Source: Selaginella moellendorffii
Lineage: Eukaryota; Plantae; Lycopodiophyta
Direction: 5' to 3'
DNA length: 64,000 nucleotides
NCBI RefSeq assembly: GCF_000143415.4
Contig: NW_003314353.1
Span: 136,919 to 200,918, forward strand
The notes below the pieces were generated by a model, which worked only from the letters and a program-made list of their open reading frames with translations, made no database searches and was not told the DNA's origin. Shown in pieces: positions 48,451 to 63,500 of this stretch. The position numbers and the translations under genes were made by a program. Position 1 is the first letter of the stretch, and each line of letters begins with the position of its first letter.

Positions 48451-49897
48451 CACACAAAGTGCAGTTTTGGGTCTCATCCAAAACAAACTAATGCCCAACA
48501 CCAAGGTCAAGAGGAGTACGGTCACCTTCCTGGCCGTGCACAATTGGGCATTGGATGATCGTTTTATGCTCTCGGTTCTGACTCCCACTCATAGGAGTAT
48601 CTCACAGCCAAAACTCCAGATCCCACAACAGCAACATATGGGGCTAGTCACAGGTAAATCTCATGGTGTCAATTGATCCATTGTCTAGCTCCCCCACAGA
48701 AAAAGGATGGGATGATGGCAACCAAACTGGATAGTGAGATTCATGAGGCAATGGAAAGGGATTAGGTTGAGCACTTTCTTTAGAGTCTAGTGTTTTATGT
48801 GCAGCCTGGATATGTAGTTGAGTACATTGGCAGTGCAAGTCTTGTTTTCTTTTAGAAGCCTATCTTTGTACTTTTTGGACAAAAACAAATGAGAGAGCTA
48901 GCTGAGATTGCATTATTATGATACAGATACCCCCGGACACCCAAACTGTAGGAGGTGACATAGGAAAAATTGGATTTATTGCGCATTCGTGATTAATACC
49001 AGGTTACCAGATGGATGTACACCCCAGACAAATGTAACCAGAAATGGCCTAGTCAATGTACTTAACCAAAAATGGCCCACTTGGAGCTTGCATTTGTGGC
49101 TAGGGCTATTCTCCATTGGGCTTATTCATCACCAAAACTGAAGAGCACCTATGGCTGCCACTGCTGCCACACTGCCCCTGTGCCCAAATGCCACACAACA
49201 CAAGCAAGACAAGTGATGGAAAAAGGAAATGGTTTAGGGTTCTACCCCATTCCATAGCATATTCTGCCAGCCTGCCAGGATAGCATACTCTGTTGAAAGG
49301 TATTTTAGCAAAACTCTTACCATGGCAACTCAGAAATGGAGAAAGATTTCTGCATCAACTCTAATGCATCCTAAGTTCTTCAGGGAGAAATCCAACTTGC
49401 AAATATATATATTTGATTTTGCCATTCATTAGGGTTCCCTGGTTCTTTCCACTTAACTCGAAATCCCTGAGAGAGGGGAATGAGATCCATGAGTTTATAA
49501 TTGCTACCATGAGCTATGCAGATCTGCAGAACAATGCCAACACATAAAATTCTTTGGATCACTCTTAATCAATTGACAATGTAGCAGGGAAACTACAGTG
49601 ATACATGATTGGAACATCATCAAAGAACCCTAAAGTAGGGAATTACAATAGTGGTAGTTGTGAATGAGGTAGATGGTGCTAGCATCATCATCTCAACAGG
49701 AACCTTGGTCTCCACAAGAAACACTACATAATAAAGAAAGAATAAATCCCAAGAAAATTTATTAAAAAACTTTAAAATTATATTTATAAGTTATACCACA
49801 AGATTAACCTAAATATAGATTGGCTTGAATATCAGGTATCAGGTATATTCACAATCCCATATATAGAATATTCTAGGTATATCCACCATCCCTTAAA

Positions 49898-50280
<383 letters not shown>

Positions 50281-50789
50281 AATCAACCAAGCATTTCTGC
50301 ATGCAGCAAAGTTTTCATATAGGGATATTTGTTTTTGGCAATTATACTACTTAATTTATAATTTTTAATATTATCTGAGTATCTCTGCTAAAATAAATAA
50401 TGTTTTAAGACTTTAATAGTATCTCTAGTAAAATATTTTAGGTTTTAAATTTTTTTATTCTAATTGTAGAAAAGACTTTACAAGTATTTCTAGTAGAAGC
50501 ATTATTGGCTTGAAGTGCTTGCATTATTTCTTACAACAAAGAACACCAAAACTATTGTCTATAAATATAATTATTTTCTAAAATAAAAAATAATTTATTG
50601 TTTATTGGATTGCAAAAATGTTTAGTTTCTCTTGTTTATCTGAATATTATTTACTATAAAATATAGTTGTTATATATTATAATTTTAGAAAAATATAACC
50701 TTTATAGTTTTGTGAGTGTATGGAATACATAAATATGCATCTTTGATTACCCCAAAAACCCTTATTGATACAAGAGAGAATGAGTGTGC

Positions 50790-51170
50790 CTAGTCAATAT
50801 CATCCTATAGTGTATATCAGTTGTATATTGCAACTAGCAGAGGTGGATTACTCTATGACAAAGAAGTAGCAATTTGGGATTTTAATAAGTTTTATACATA
50901 CTTACATAGTTCTTGGACATGGTGATCATACTGTATTCACTTCATTATTGAAGTGGAACAATTAAGTTGGTTAGTAGGCTCACTTTAGATTATATATGAC
51001 TTTGAGGTTGTTCATTATTTAAAGAGTTTTATAGTTGATGATGACAATTTTTCTCAAGCTTCTTTCCCTTCTTTGCTCTTTTTTTATATTTATGATGAGT
51101 CTATTATTCTAACATCAATAAGTTTTCTAAACAAAGATTTGCTATTATTGAAGAGGAAGCCCCTCAACAC
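50790..51170 (+). pseudogene. Ty3/gypsy RNase H relic, same old family as 10009-11310
   Basis: Aligns to reverse complement of ~10610-10970 (catcctat..., atagttgatgat..ttctcaagct). Confidence 0.65.
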
Positions 51171-51245
51171 CAATCTATCATCACTCAATTGTTGCTTAAA
51201 ATCTTTTGTGTGAACTCTCTGAAACCCTAGTAATGTGGGAGAAGG

Positions 51246-54200
51246 GGCTGATCTGTTGATCATTTTGCTTGAAAACCATTTCGTTTTCGTAAGCTAGTAC
51301 AAACTAGTGAAAGGGTTAGAGTTGACTTCAGTTGGCTTAAACTTTAATAGGTAGTTTGTATGATGCAACTCGAAAGGGATGCTGATTTTTGGGGCTAAGG
51401 CAATTGAGTTGGATAGACTTCTCAATTGCCTAAGCCCTCAATTTAAAAACCCTGGAGTTGGTGTAAAAAAATGGCCATGTGCTTTTCTAAGAAGGGTGAC
51501 CTTTGAGCCTTTCTTTTATAGCATTGTGTTTGGTGGCAAGTTGCACCTTGCATTTCATTAAACTCTATGAAAGTAGTGAGCTCTTATAGATTTTGACTTA
51601 GTCTTGGTAGCCCTACACCTTGACTGAGGATGGTGATATCCAACTTAGTTGTTTGAGTTTAAGATGTTGGTACTTATACTATAGCTTTGTTTATGAGGAG
51701 GTTGTGTACTAATATGAGTCCATCTTATGGTTTTCACTTTAGTTTCGACTGAGTATTGATCATGCATAACTAGCCTCTTCAAGGCATGCTCAGAGCTGTT
51801 GGCTAAATGTATTAGTGAGCTTATTTAAGTTGAATTGGATTTGAGTGGTCATTTAGTTTATGCTTGTCCATGAACCTTTATTTTGTACCTAAGGTATTAC
51901 GTTTATGTTGGCCAAGTATATGACTTAAGTTTAGTGTTTGGGTCTTATGAAGACAAGTTGAAGAGTGATTGTTGGTTGCTTTACAACTAGTGATTGCTTG
52001 TAAACTTTGTCAAGGACTGTTTGACACTTGCTTCGCTTGATGATGATTTAGCAGTGATGGTTTACTTTACTGGATGGTGTTGTGGAGGATCATATTGTTA
52101 GCATTACATAGTTTTTCTATGTTGGCATATCGATTCCTCTGTTGATATCATTTGGTTGTGTTTAGTTTATAGTGTTGGATTTCATGGAGACTTGGATGTG
52201 GTGATTCACTCCTTAAGAAAGTGTTATCTGTAACTGAGTTTTGCTGAAGGATTAATCTCAGATACTGACTAAAGTATCTTCGACTTTGGTTAGCTTAGTT
52301 ACTAGAGAGTTTTGAGTGGTGATTCACTCTTGCTTTCTTCTAACCTTGTTTTAGTGTCGATAGCATTGAAGTGATGCCTTATCATTGACATTATTAATGT
52401 TGAGAATCAAATGAAATGAAATGTCTCTCTTTAAGATTGATGTCAGGTTTCATTAGTCTCGATGAAGATAGTGTTGATGATTTGGCTATCGCTTTGTATT
52501 ATTGGCATTCGTGCATTTACTAGTTAGCAACTTTATTGACATTCAAACGAGCTGAGTGGCAAGTTTGAGTTAGTTGTGTTTTAGATGAGATTATTTAGTA
52601 GGGGTTGAGCTTTGGCTTTTCCTTGAAAAGTGATTTAGTCGTGGACTATGCTAACTCTACAAGCGGATGAGTTAGTGATCGATATTGGAATGTTTGAATC
52701 CTTATTGGATTTGAGTTAGAATATATCGATCATTGATGATTCTTCTTGTACTTGTTATGAAGTGACTTACATCTTGCTTTAGATGGATTCATGGAGGATC
52801 ATTTAGTGATCACTTGTTAAGCATAACTCCATTGTGTTTGGCTTTTAGATTGATACAGATATGCTCTTCATTAGCTTTGGCATTATAAAGTTTGGCTTAT
52901 GGATGTGTTGAGGAGGATATTGTGGGTTGTACCATAATTTCTTCTTTAGCATTAAAATTAGTTCATGCAAGAGTTGTGATCATTATTAAACAAGACTTGG
53001 CTATAGACTTTTTTGAGCTTTTGGTTCCTTGAGTTTTCATGTTTGTGGTCCATTTGTTAGAAGTTGTTAGGGAAGGCATTTTGGCTCATTAACTTCAATG
53101 TTGAAGTTGGTTTTTGCATCTAGCAATCATTGATGATGATTAACTATCATCTAGAATGGTTGATTATCCTTGTCAAAAGGTTTTACTTGATTATTGTTGA
53201 TATAGACTGATTTGTTGTTCTTCGAATGGTAGATTCTTTCTTCGATAATGATTATGCATCTCTTTATTGATGGGATGATTGATGTTATTTCATAATAGTT
53301 AGTTGTTTTTTTTGATGGCTTATAGCTTTTTGCAGTACCACATGTTTTTTGTGGTTTGCTCTGGATTGTGTGAGATATAAAATCCCTAGGCCCCAAGGTG
53401 GAGCCGAAAGGGTGCCACGCGGTAGTGGCCGAAGCGAAAGCCAAACGAGTGTAACACGTTTGAACTAAAAAACTCCGACTTGAAAGGTCAAGAGCGGGAG
53501 TGGAACTCCCAACAAAGTGCTCAAGGAACAAGCACGAAGCAAGCAATGAGTGAGTCTCTTGGAAAGGGACATAAGAGGACCAAAACATGACACGTGGAGG
53601 AATCCGAGATGGATCCGAGATGGAGCTGAGATGGAGTTTGAGATGGATCTGAGATGAACCCGAGATGGAGTCTAAGGTGGAGTCCGAGACGAACCTGAGA
53701 TGGAGTCCAAGGTGGAGTATGAGGTGGAGTCCGACATGGAGTTTGAGATGGAGTCCGAGAGGGACCCGAGGTGGAGTCCAAGATGGAGTCCAAGACGAAC
53801 CCGAGATGGAGTCCAAGGTGGAGTCCGAGATGGAGTCCGAGATGGGCCTAAGATGGAGTCCAAGATGGATCCAAGATGGACCCGAGATGGAGTCCGAGAT
53901 GGAGTCCGAGACGGACCTGAGATGGGACCGAGACCAAGACTGAGACCGAGTTTGAGTCCGAGTCTGAGTTTGAGTCCGAATACTAATATAAGCAGTTGGG
54001 TGAAAGCCCAAAGCGATCATCCCCCAGGGGCAGAGGGGGGTTCCAAAAGTATAGTAGGGAGAGTGTGGGGGTTGGAGCCTAGTGGAGCTAGTTTGGCTAG
54101 GAAAGGCTAGTTTGGCCTAGAAAGGCCATACCCAGTGTTGGGTGATGAGCTGACCACTGGGAAGTCCAAGACTAGAGTTAATACGGACCGACAAGCGGGG

Positions 54201-56431
54201 TAGCTTGGTGAAGTGTTCAAGAGCCAGCTCTAGTTCCCCCAGGAGATCGAATGGTTGATGCTCCCAGTCCAAGTGTGGGTGGCACTACCTACTTGGATAC
54301 CAGGCATGGCTCAATGGAACCTCGCTCTAAGCTCATAGCTAGAGCACCTAAAGGTGGAAGGCAGGGAGAGTACCCATGAGGCCCACATAGGGCCACGGTG
54401 TTCCGAAATGTTGTCCCAAAGTCCCATATTATGGAAAGGAAGAGGAGTAGCCCTTTGGTGTGGTGACCAAGGACACAGTCACACGGTGAGGAAGTCCCAG
54501 AGGACCGTGGGACTTAGTGGTCGGGCTTGTGGGCCTTGATCCAGTGGTAGTGTTGGTGAGTACGGCCATGGACAGAAAGGGACTTGGTGAGGACCAGAAA
54601 GGAGATATTGGGGAAGGCTATTCTCCATGTCTGCGGGCATCCTAAGAATGCTAAGGAGTGGATTTGGGATGACCACTCATGGACGGATGGCCCAGTCTTG
54701 GAGAGATAGGATTGCAATGCAGGTGGTGTTGGACCATCGATGTGACCAAGGTGAATGGGCATGGCCTAGCGTAACTGGCTGATATGTTGGTGGTACCTTG
54801 GGGTGTCAATCATGGGATCGGACACGTGGAGCACTTGGACCAAGTGCAAAGGTTGAGTGGCATGGATGCCATTCTCGGGGCGAACAAGCCCCAAGTCCTG
54901 AATTGGACTTATGGAGGTTGTGAATGAGACTCCTCCAAGTGGTGGGAGGTATAGTTAAGTGATTAAAGTAGAATGGAAAAATTAATCGCTTACAGATTGG
55001 CCTTTTGGGTTTGAGACATTAATAGGATGTTGCTAACACTTGCTTAAGGAACTTTAGTTCCTTCGTATTGTTGATCGGGATCTAGTCAGATTAGCTGGTG
55101 TGATAGTTGGCATAAATGGATGTTTGTTGGTCTTACCGCATTCATTTTATTCTGTTGATTGTTGTTCGAGTTAGATTTGATAAATTTGTCCTTCGGGTGA
55201 TACATTCACGAACATCTTGCTTGTCAGTCAATGATACTTTGTGTTCTTTGAGTTATCTTTTGTAAGTTGTTTGGCATACTTTTTACAATCTTTGGTAGTT
55301 AAGCTTTATCATTGAGTTTTTTCAATGATACACTTGCTATTAAGTTTTGTTAGATAGTAAATCATATGTTTCCAAACATGATGATCTTGGTGGTTTCTGC
55401 ACTCTACTACTAGTTTATTGAATGATAACTTACTTGGAATACTTTTGTGTTCTAATATAAGATTTCATCACTGATACTTAGGACTCTAAGATATCATTGT
55501 CTATGAATTTGATATTGTCCATTTATTGATCTTTAAACTTGGGTCAGTATAGGCAAACTGGCTTCGACACTTCGTGTGCATGGTGAAATCTCTAGTTATG
55601 GGGTAGCTACTGTCGACTGGTCACATCACCCGCCTCTCTGTCGATGTTCCTTATTCTGTTCAAAAGGGCATGATCGTGTAAACAACTCTAACTGCCTATT
55701 TATAGTATTTTATCTAAACCTTACCGACGGGTTTGGTTTCTTTGCTCAAGAGGGTTGGGGCCTCTAGCTTCTCTCTCTATGTCCTTGCAGGCAGGGGCAT
55801 ATCACACTTTTGTAAGTTGGGTGACATCCAGAGTAGTAAGGGTGGCTAACTCCGTTGGTCATTTCCTTGTCAGCAACGGCCGAACGTTCCAAATGTATAG
55901 TAGGGATAGTGGGCAGGTCGGGCATGGCCGACCAACCTAAGGCATAGTTTAGCTCCTGCTTACGTGGCTGTCCTTGTTCTGTGTCCAGCTTGGGTTTAAG
56001 CCCAAGTTCTACACCATGCTAGCTAGTGGAGTACCCATGTCATTGCGTTAGGCCACCAGTATGCTGAAAGAGCACTAGACTTTGTTTGGCTTTGTTTTGC
56101 ATGCTGGTTCTGGCATTGGGATGCTTGTTGCTCTAGGACTATTTCAAGTTGCTCCAGGCTCTTGTCCCTTCGCTCCTTGAGCTGTATGCTCAGAAGTTGC
56201 TCCGTGGTCCGGTTCCGTCACTCCTTGGCTCCATGCTTGGGAGTTTGGCACCGTTTCTTCGTTTAGTGGCTCAAAGCTTTAAATCTCAGGTTCCACACCA
56301 CTGTCCTATGGACATGTGGCATGTGACATGTGGCACATTGAAGGTTTAGGTTCCGCTTCGTAATGTTATCTTATAGTAAATCACCATAGGATAAAGGGTT
56401 AAAACCATATGTGCTATATTTGGTATCAAAG
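51246..56431 (+). mobile_element. Partial family-A element (internal region + 3' half of LTR + PBS), inverted relative to 57521-64000
   Basis: 51246-55884 is reverse complement of ~58835-61800; 55886-56418 of 57521-58054; tggtatcaaag at 56421-56431. Confidence 0.88.
53369..54994 (+). mobile_element. Solo LTR, family B (1626 bp)
   Basis: TG...CA ends, TSD GATTG (53364-53368, 54995-54999); empty site seen in the other copy at ~59729-59733; gagatggagtcc tandem repeat ~53600-53980. Confidence 0.93.
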
Positions 56432-57229
56432 GTGTTATGCACAATGAAGTGGCTATCAATCCTGATGTGGGCAAAAAAGTTGTGTGGTTGTACTAGCACA
56501 CACTTAACCTTGCTTTGCTTGTGGATGCGCTCCTGGAGAATGTGGCAGTAGCAGATACAAGCGAGAAACCCTAACATTAGGGTTTTCCCTATCACTTCAT
56601 ACCTTTTGGTGTGAGAAAATCTAGTGTCCATAGCCATGAAGTTGAATAGCTATAGCTTGTAATTAGGTTTGCCTAGCCATACAGCGTGCCTCTCAGTGCA
56701 AGATTTTGAGAAGAATCCAAAGTTTTTTTTTAGCATGCTACGTCTACTTATATGTCCCATTATCATGTTGATGGGATGAAAGAGTTTATGTAAACAAGAC
56801 TTTTTGTTAACAAAACTTTATTATCAAGCCATAGAGATTATCCCATCTTGGTGAAAATGAAATTATGTTGTATTTTCCAATTGTTAAATAAAACATAAGT
56901 TTAATCGATGGTTTGCTTATACTATTTGCTCCAAGCACAACCAAGGAATTCATGGTAAGTTTGGGGAACACATCCTTTTGTTGTTCTTTATCCAAAAAGA
57001 CATAGAAACAGAATTTATTATGTTTTGATAAAATGCCTAAGGAGTAGAATCCATTGAGTAGAGGATAGAATCTCCTACTCTCAGCTTAAGTTGGCCGAGT
57101 AGCGCACATGAATTTGGAGCCGAACTCCAAGCCTGTTGTGCTACGAAAAAAAGGGTCTGATACAATCCCACGAGCACTAGCTCCCCGTATTTAGCACCTA
57201 CACGTAAAATGGTGTCAAATGGAGTCTGG

Positions 57230-57520
57230 CACAATTATGGCATACCGGTGGCATAACGCAAAGAGGAAGGCACCTCACTGACTAGAGCAGGGTGGAGCTT
57301 GAGCTTAGACCTAAGCCGGACCAAGAACAAGGAGCAACACAGCTTAGCAAGAGCTAAACTAATGTCTCAGGTGGTCGGACATGCATTCCAACCACTATCC
57401 CTATTATATATTTGGAACCCCCCATAGCCCCCCCACTAGTGATCTACACTTATCATACTTTGTCGTTAGAAAAGTATTTGGAAGCACCACTAGAGAGTTC
57501 CTTTAAGATTAGTTCCTAGA
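57230..57520 (-). mobile_element. Older LTR fragments related to families A and B
   Basis: cataccggtggcataacgc, ctatccctat..ttggaacccccc, gaagcaccactagagagttc (cf. 1778-1815). Confidence 0.6.
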
Positions 57521-60500
57521 TGTAGCGCACGTGGTTTTGACCCTTTATCCTATGGTGATTTACCATAGGATAACACCACGAAGCGGAACCTAGACCCTCT
57601 TTGTGCCACGTGACAGATGCCATGTGTCACATGCCACGTGTCCATAGGAACCTGAGGTTTAGGGCCTTGGGCCACTGAAGAAGGAACGGTGCCAAACTCC
57701 CAAGCATGGAGCCAAGGAGTGATGGAACCGAACCATGGAGCAACTCCTAAGCATAAAGCCCAAGGAGTGAAGGGACAGGATCCTGGAGCGACTTGGAACA
57801 GTCCTAAAGTAACCAGCATCCCAATGCTATGACCAGCACGCAAAACGGAGCCAAACAGAGTTTGGTGCTATTTCAGCATACCGGTGGCATAACGCGAGGA
57901 CATGGGTACTCCACCAACTAGCATGGAATGGAACTTGGGCTTAAACCCAAGCCGGACGCAAAACAAGGACAGGCACGCAAGCGGGAGCTAGACTATGCCT
58001 CAGGTTGGTCGGCCATGCCTGACCTGCCCACTATCCCTACTATACATTTGGAACCCCCCACAGCCCCCTCCCCCCTGAGGAACACACGCTTTGGGCTTTC
58101 ACCCCAAGCCTCCCTTAGTATTAGGAGTTAGTCTTTGGGACAAGCTCGAAACTTACTAAATATGGAATGGCACTAAATTGCAAATTTGGACACGGGACGA
58201 ACACCATTGTGTTCAGGCCAACCTCTACATTCTGTAAACATGCCAAATGAGCAAACCTAGACACTTACCATAAATAGCATTTAGGACCGAAATGAGACTA
58301 ACAGTAAGGGCATGATAGCGAGGGTGTTTGGCAGACACGGTAAGCTATCATCTAGCAATATTGAGGGACCAATCTCAATACGCGAGGGTTCTTGTCACTA
58401 GCCAGTGCAAGACATAACGAGATGGGAACTCCTTACCGGGCTAAGTATGCTTAGCTAATAACACATAGGAATTCCGTCCTTATGCTCGTATGGTCTAAGT
58501 ACACTCGAAATGCCCAGTTAACTCCACTAGCACAAGAGGGACTGATAAAGGGTCCAGCAATACCAACCTCCTGCCATTGTGGCAGTAAGGTAAGAGTGTT
58601 CGTAAGGACTAGTCGATAGGTAACTTTCGATACTCGAAGTCACATTCGCGACACTCTCCCCCCCTAGGGAAGATCAACATCCTCGTTGATGCATACTCGA
58701 GTCTAGAATACCGCCAAGGAAACAACTCCACAAAAAGTTCACGGTATTCACACTATGTGAGAAATGCACCAACTTAAATGAGCTAGGAGGCAACCTCTTT
58801 GTCTAACACAGATGCGCTACCAGCTCAGACACCTTTCGGCCGTCGCCGACAAGGAAATGACCAACGGAGTTAGCCACCCTTGCTGCTCTGGGAGTCACCC
58901 AGCTTACAAAAGTGTGATACGCCCTTGCCCGCAGGTGGCATAGAGAGAGAAGCTAGAGGCCCCAACCCTCATGAGCAAAGAAACCAAACTCGTCAGTAAG
59001 GTTTAGATAGACTACTATAAATAGGCAGTTAGAGTTGTTTACACGGTCACGCCCTTTTAACGAAATAAGGAACATCGACAAAGAGGCGGGTTATGTGACC
59101 AGTCGACAGCAGCAACCCCATGACTAGAGATTCCACCATGCACACGAAGTGCCAAAGCCAGTCTGCCTATACTGGCCCAAACTCAAAGATCAATACATGG
59201 ACAATATCAAAGTCAGAAACAATGATATCTTAGAGACTTAATTATCAGGGAATATATCTTAGATTAGAACATAAAAGTATTCCAAGTAAGGTATCATCCG
59301 ATAAACTAGTAGTATAGTACAGGAACCACCAAGATCAGTATAAGTGGTAAACATAGGAATCACCATCCAACAAAAGTCAATAGCAAGTATATCATCAAGG
59401 AAACTTAATGATGAAACTTAACTACTGAAGATGGCAGATAGTATGCCAAACAACTGACTAAAGATAACTCAAAGAACACAAAGTATCATCAACTGACAAG
59501 CACATTGTTCGCAAATGTATCACCCGAAGGAAATAACATCCCAATCTATCAGAACTAACCCGAGCAATGGTTAACAGAACAGAATGAATGTGGTAAGACC
59601 AACAAACACTCATTCATGCCAACTATCGCACTAGTCAATCTTAATAGATCCCAGTCAACAATACAAAGGAACGCAAGTTGCTTAAGCAAGTGTCAGCAAC
59701 ATCCTATCGATATCTCAAACCCAACAAACCAATCCAAGGCAAACCACAAGGAACATGTGGTATTGCGAAAAGCCATAAGCTATCAAAGAGAACAACTAAC
59801 CATCATGAAAGATCATAAATCATCGTCAAAAAAACAATCTACCATCTCGAAGAACGGCAAATCATTCTATACTAACAATAATCAAGCAAAATCTTTTTAA
59901 CAAGGACAAACAACTATCCTAGATGATAGTCAGTCATCACCAATGATTGCTAGATGCAAAAGCTAACTTCAACATCGAAGCTAATGAGCCAAAATGCCTT
60001 CCCCAACAACTTCTAATAAATGGAACAATGAGCGTAAACTCAAAGAACCAATAGCTCGAAGAAGCCTATAGCCAAGTCGTGCCTAGCAATGATCACAAGT
60101 TTTGCATAAACTAATTTCAATGCTAAAGAAGAAATCATGGTGTAACCCACAATATCTTCCTCAACACATCCATAAGCTAAACTTCATAATGCTAAAGCTA
60201 ATGAAGAGCATGTTTGCATCAATCCAAAAGCCAAACACAATGGAGTTATGTTCAACAAGTGATCACAAAACGATCCTCCATGAATCCATCTATAGCAAGA
60301 CGTAATTCACTTCGTAACAAGCACAAGAAGAATCATCAATGATCGATATATTCCAACTCAAATCCAAGCAGGATTCAAACATTCCAATATCGATCACTAA
60401 CTCTTCCACTTGTAGAGTTAGCATAGTCCACGACTGAATCACTTTTCAAGGAAAAGCCAAAGCTCAACCCCTACTAAATAATCTCGTCTAGAACACAACT

Positions 60501-63500
60501 AACTCAAACTTGCCACTCAGTTTATTTGAACGTCAACACAGTTGCTAACTAGCAATTGAACAAATGCTAATAACACAAAGCTATAGCCAAATCATCAACA
60601 CTATCTTCATCGAGACTAATGAAACTCAATATCAATCCTAAAGAGAGACATCTCATCTCACTTGAATCTCAACACCAATAATGTCAACGACTAGGCATCA
60701 CTTCAATGCCATCCAACACTAGAACAAAGCTAGAAGAAAGCAAGAGTGAATCACCACTCAAAACTCTCTAGCAACCAAGTTAACCAAAGTCGAAGATACT
60801 TTACTCAGTATCCGAGACTAATTTTTTTGCAAAACTCAGTTACAGATAACACTTTATCAAGGAGTGAATCACCACACCCAAGACTCAATGAAATCCAACA
60901 TTACGAACTAAACGCAATTAAATGATATTGACAGAGGTAGAGTCGACATGCCAATATGGAAAACCCATGTAAGTCTAACGACATGATCCTCTGTAACACC
61001 ATCTGATAAAGTGAACCCATCACTACTAAATCATCATCGAGCAAAGCAAGTATCAGAGGTCCTCGAAAAAGTCTATAAGCAATCACTAGTCGCAAAGCAA
61101 CTAATAATCACTCTTCAACTTGCCTTCACAAGACCCAAACATTAAACTTATGCCATCGAGTTATATACTTGTCTAATATCCCTAGGTACGAGATAAAGGT
61201 TCATGGACAAGCACGAACTAAATGACTACTCGAATCCAACTCAACCGCGATAAGCTCACCAATGCATTTAGCCAATAGCTTTGAGCATGCCTTGAAGAGG
61301 TTAGTTACACATGATCAACACTAAGTCGAAACTTAAGTGAAGACCATGAGATGGACTCATATCGGTACACAACCTCCACTTAGACAAAGCTATAGTATGG
61401 GTACCAACATTTCAACCGCAAACAACTAAGTTGGACATCACCATCCTCAGCCAAGGTGCAAGGCTTCCAAGACCAAGTTAAGATCAGTGAAAGTTCACTA
61501 CTCTCATAGAGTCTTAACGAAATGCAAAGTGCAACCTGCCACCAAGCATAACACTACAAAAGAAAGGCACAAGGGTCAGCCTTCTTAAAAAAAAGTGCAA
61601 CAGCCACTTTTCTACACCAACTCCAGACTCTATCCAACTTAATTGCTTTAGCTTCAAAAGTCAGCATCCCTTTCGGGCCGTATCATACAAATTACTTACT
61701 AAGGTCTAAGCTAACTGAAGTCAATTCCAACCCCTTCACTAGTTTGTAATGGCATACGAAAACGGAATGGTTTTTGGGCAAAGTGATCAACAGATCAGCC
61801 ATTGGAAAAACCTAAGAAAATTTGTGGAAAAATTTCCATCCTAGAGAAAGAATGACTCTCAATCTAGGAATGCAAACTTTCAAAACTCAACCAACTTCCT
61901 CCTACTAACAACTTCACATAAGTTCACCTCAACACAAATTCTCAAGACCCATAGTATACTAAGCATCGAACATCATGCCCATTTATTCGACATCCAACAC
62001 CGACTTCCGTAAAATGCAAAAATGAATATCCAAGGCTTGATCACGAAGACCACATCTTCAGATATCCACATTGCACTAACACTCTTCTTTTAACCACCTT
62101 CAAGATCCAATGTGAAGCTAAAACACTAACAAGAAAAATGACATAGAAAATCAAGGTTTAAGGAGAATTCCTTATCACTCGAAATAACAATGCCACTTCC
62201 ACTAACACAAGTGCTAATGATGTCAATGCCTCAACTACACACTTTCTCCATCCAATAATCTACTTCAAGTGCTAACAGATCAACCAACAAGCCATAGCAA
62301 TTGAATGCTATAACCTTTTTCCAACACCTAATGGGCAAACTTAAGGAACTAAGAACCCAACTTAAGCTTAACATAATGGACCACCACCGAGAATCCAGTC
62401 AAGGCTACTACAATGCTACTTCGTGTAAGTAGACTAGCGTCACTATCAACCACTTTGGGGTTGATCATCGTTTAACCAAGCAACTTCATAAACACATTGT
62501 TCACTATCACATGGATATGATATAAGTATCACAATGACTTGATCATCAATTGAGCAACACCACAAGTGATGTCTATGTCATTACTTCAAAGGTTTATGTG
62601 AGCATCAAGTGCCAACTCAATTCGACAAAATGCAACATAAATGCCACACTCCACCAATAGAGACTTACAACACTGAACACCACTAACTTTTGTTCACAAC
62701 ACGGACAAGCTTATGCCACTCTCTTTCCGACTCAAGGAGCAATAGCAAGGTTCCCTGAAAAAGAATTGAGCATTGCGATCCAAGTCTTCCAATAGCAAGT
62801 CTAGACAAAATGGTTTAGCGCTTCACTGCTATCCATCCCATAACTCACCACTTGTAAGACCATCATTTCCAATATGCATCAAGGGAGGGACACTTGATTA
62901 AGGTGAACACGAGCAATGAGTTAACACCTCGTTGTAAATCATCTCTCCAAAAAGAGAAAATGATTTACATATTTGATCCTTCGTCCCTGATGACTCTCTT
63001 TTCGGTCTCATCTTTGACTAAACCTCAAGCTTGCTTTCGCACTGCCTTCAGTCCAATCCAAGAAAAGTTTATGAGAGAGCATGGCAATGATTACTTGAAT
63101 CCATAGACTCATCCCTACAGTCTTGTTTGATTTACTTGTAATCATGCCTAAGAAGGATCCACTAGTGCCGTGCTAAATAGCTACGGACTAGTCTATTTGC
63201 CACTCATAGCAAACCCAGGGAAAGTCTACTTTCACTCATGGTATATGGAACAACTCATGAAACCAACAATAGGCTAACATTAATCTTGCCAACTCAAAGT
63301 GTAATCTTGAGTTGCTAATGTGCTTTACTCACGAGTCCAAGCTCAAACCCGTGCGAACGGAACAACTCGATCCCTCTTGTGAGCCCAAGCTCAAGCTCAC
63401 AAAATATGGTACAACAAGGTAACCAAATCCATACCCAAGGAACAAACGCGAAGTCTTTGCACCTATACGTGTACCCACTCAGATCATCGTTTTCATCTCT

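Noticed and set aside
53590-53980. Regular short repeats as a CRISPR-like array
   Set aside because: No unique spacers; contiguous 12-bp units in a solo LTR; eukaryotic context
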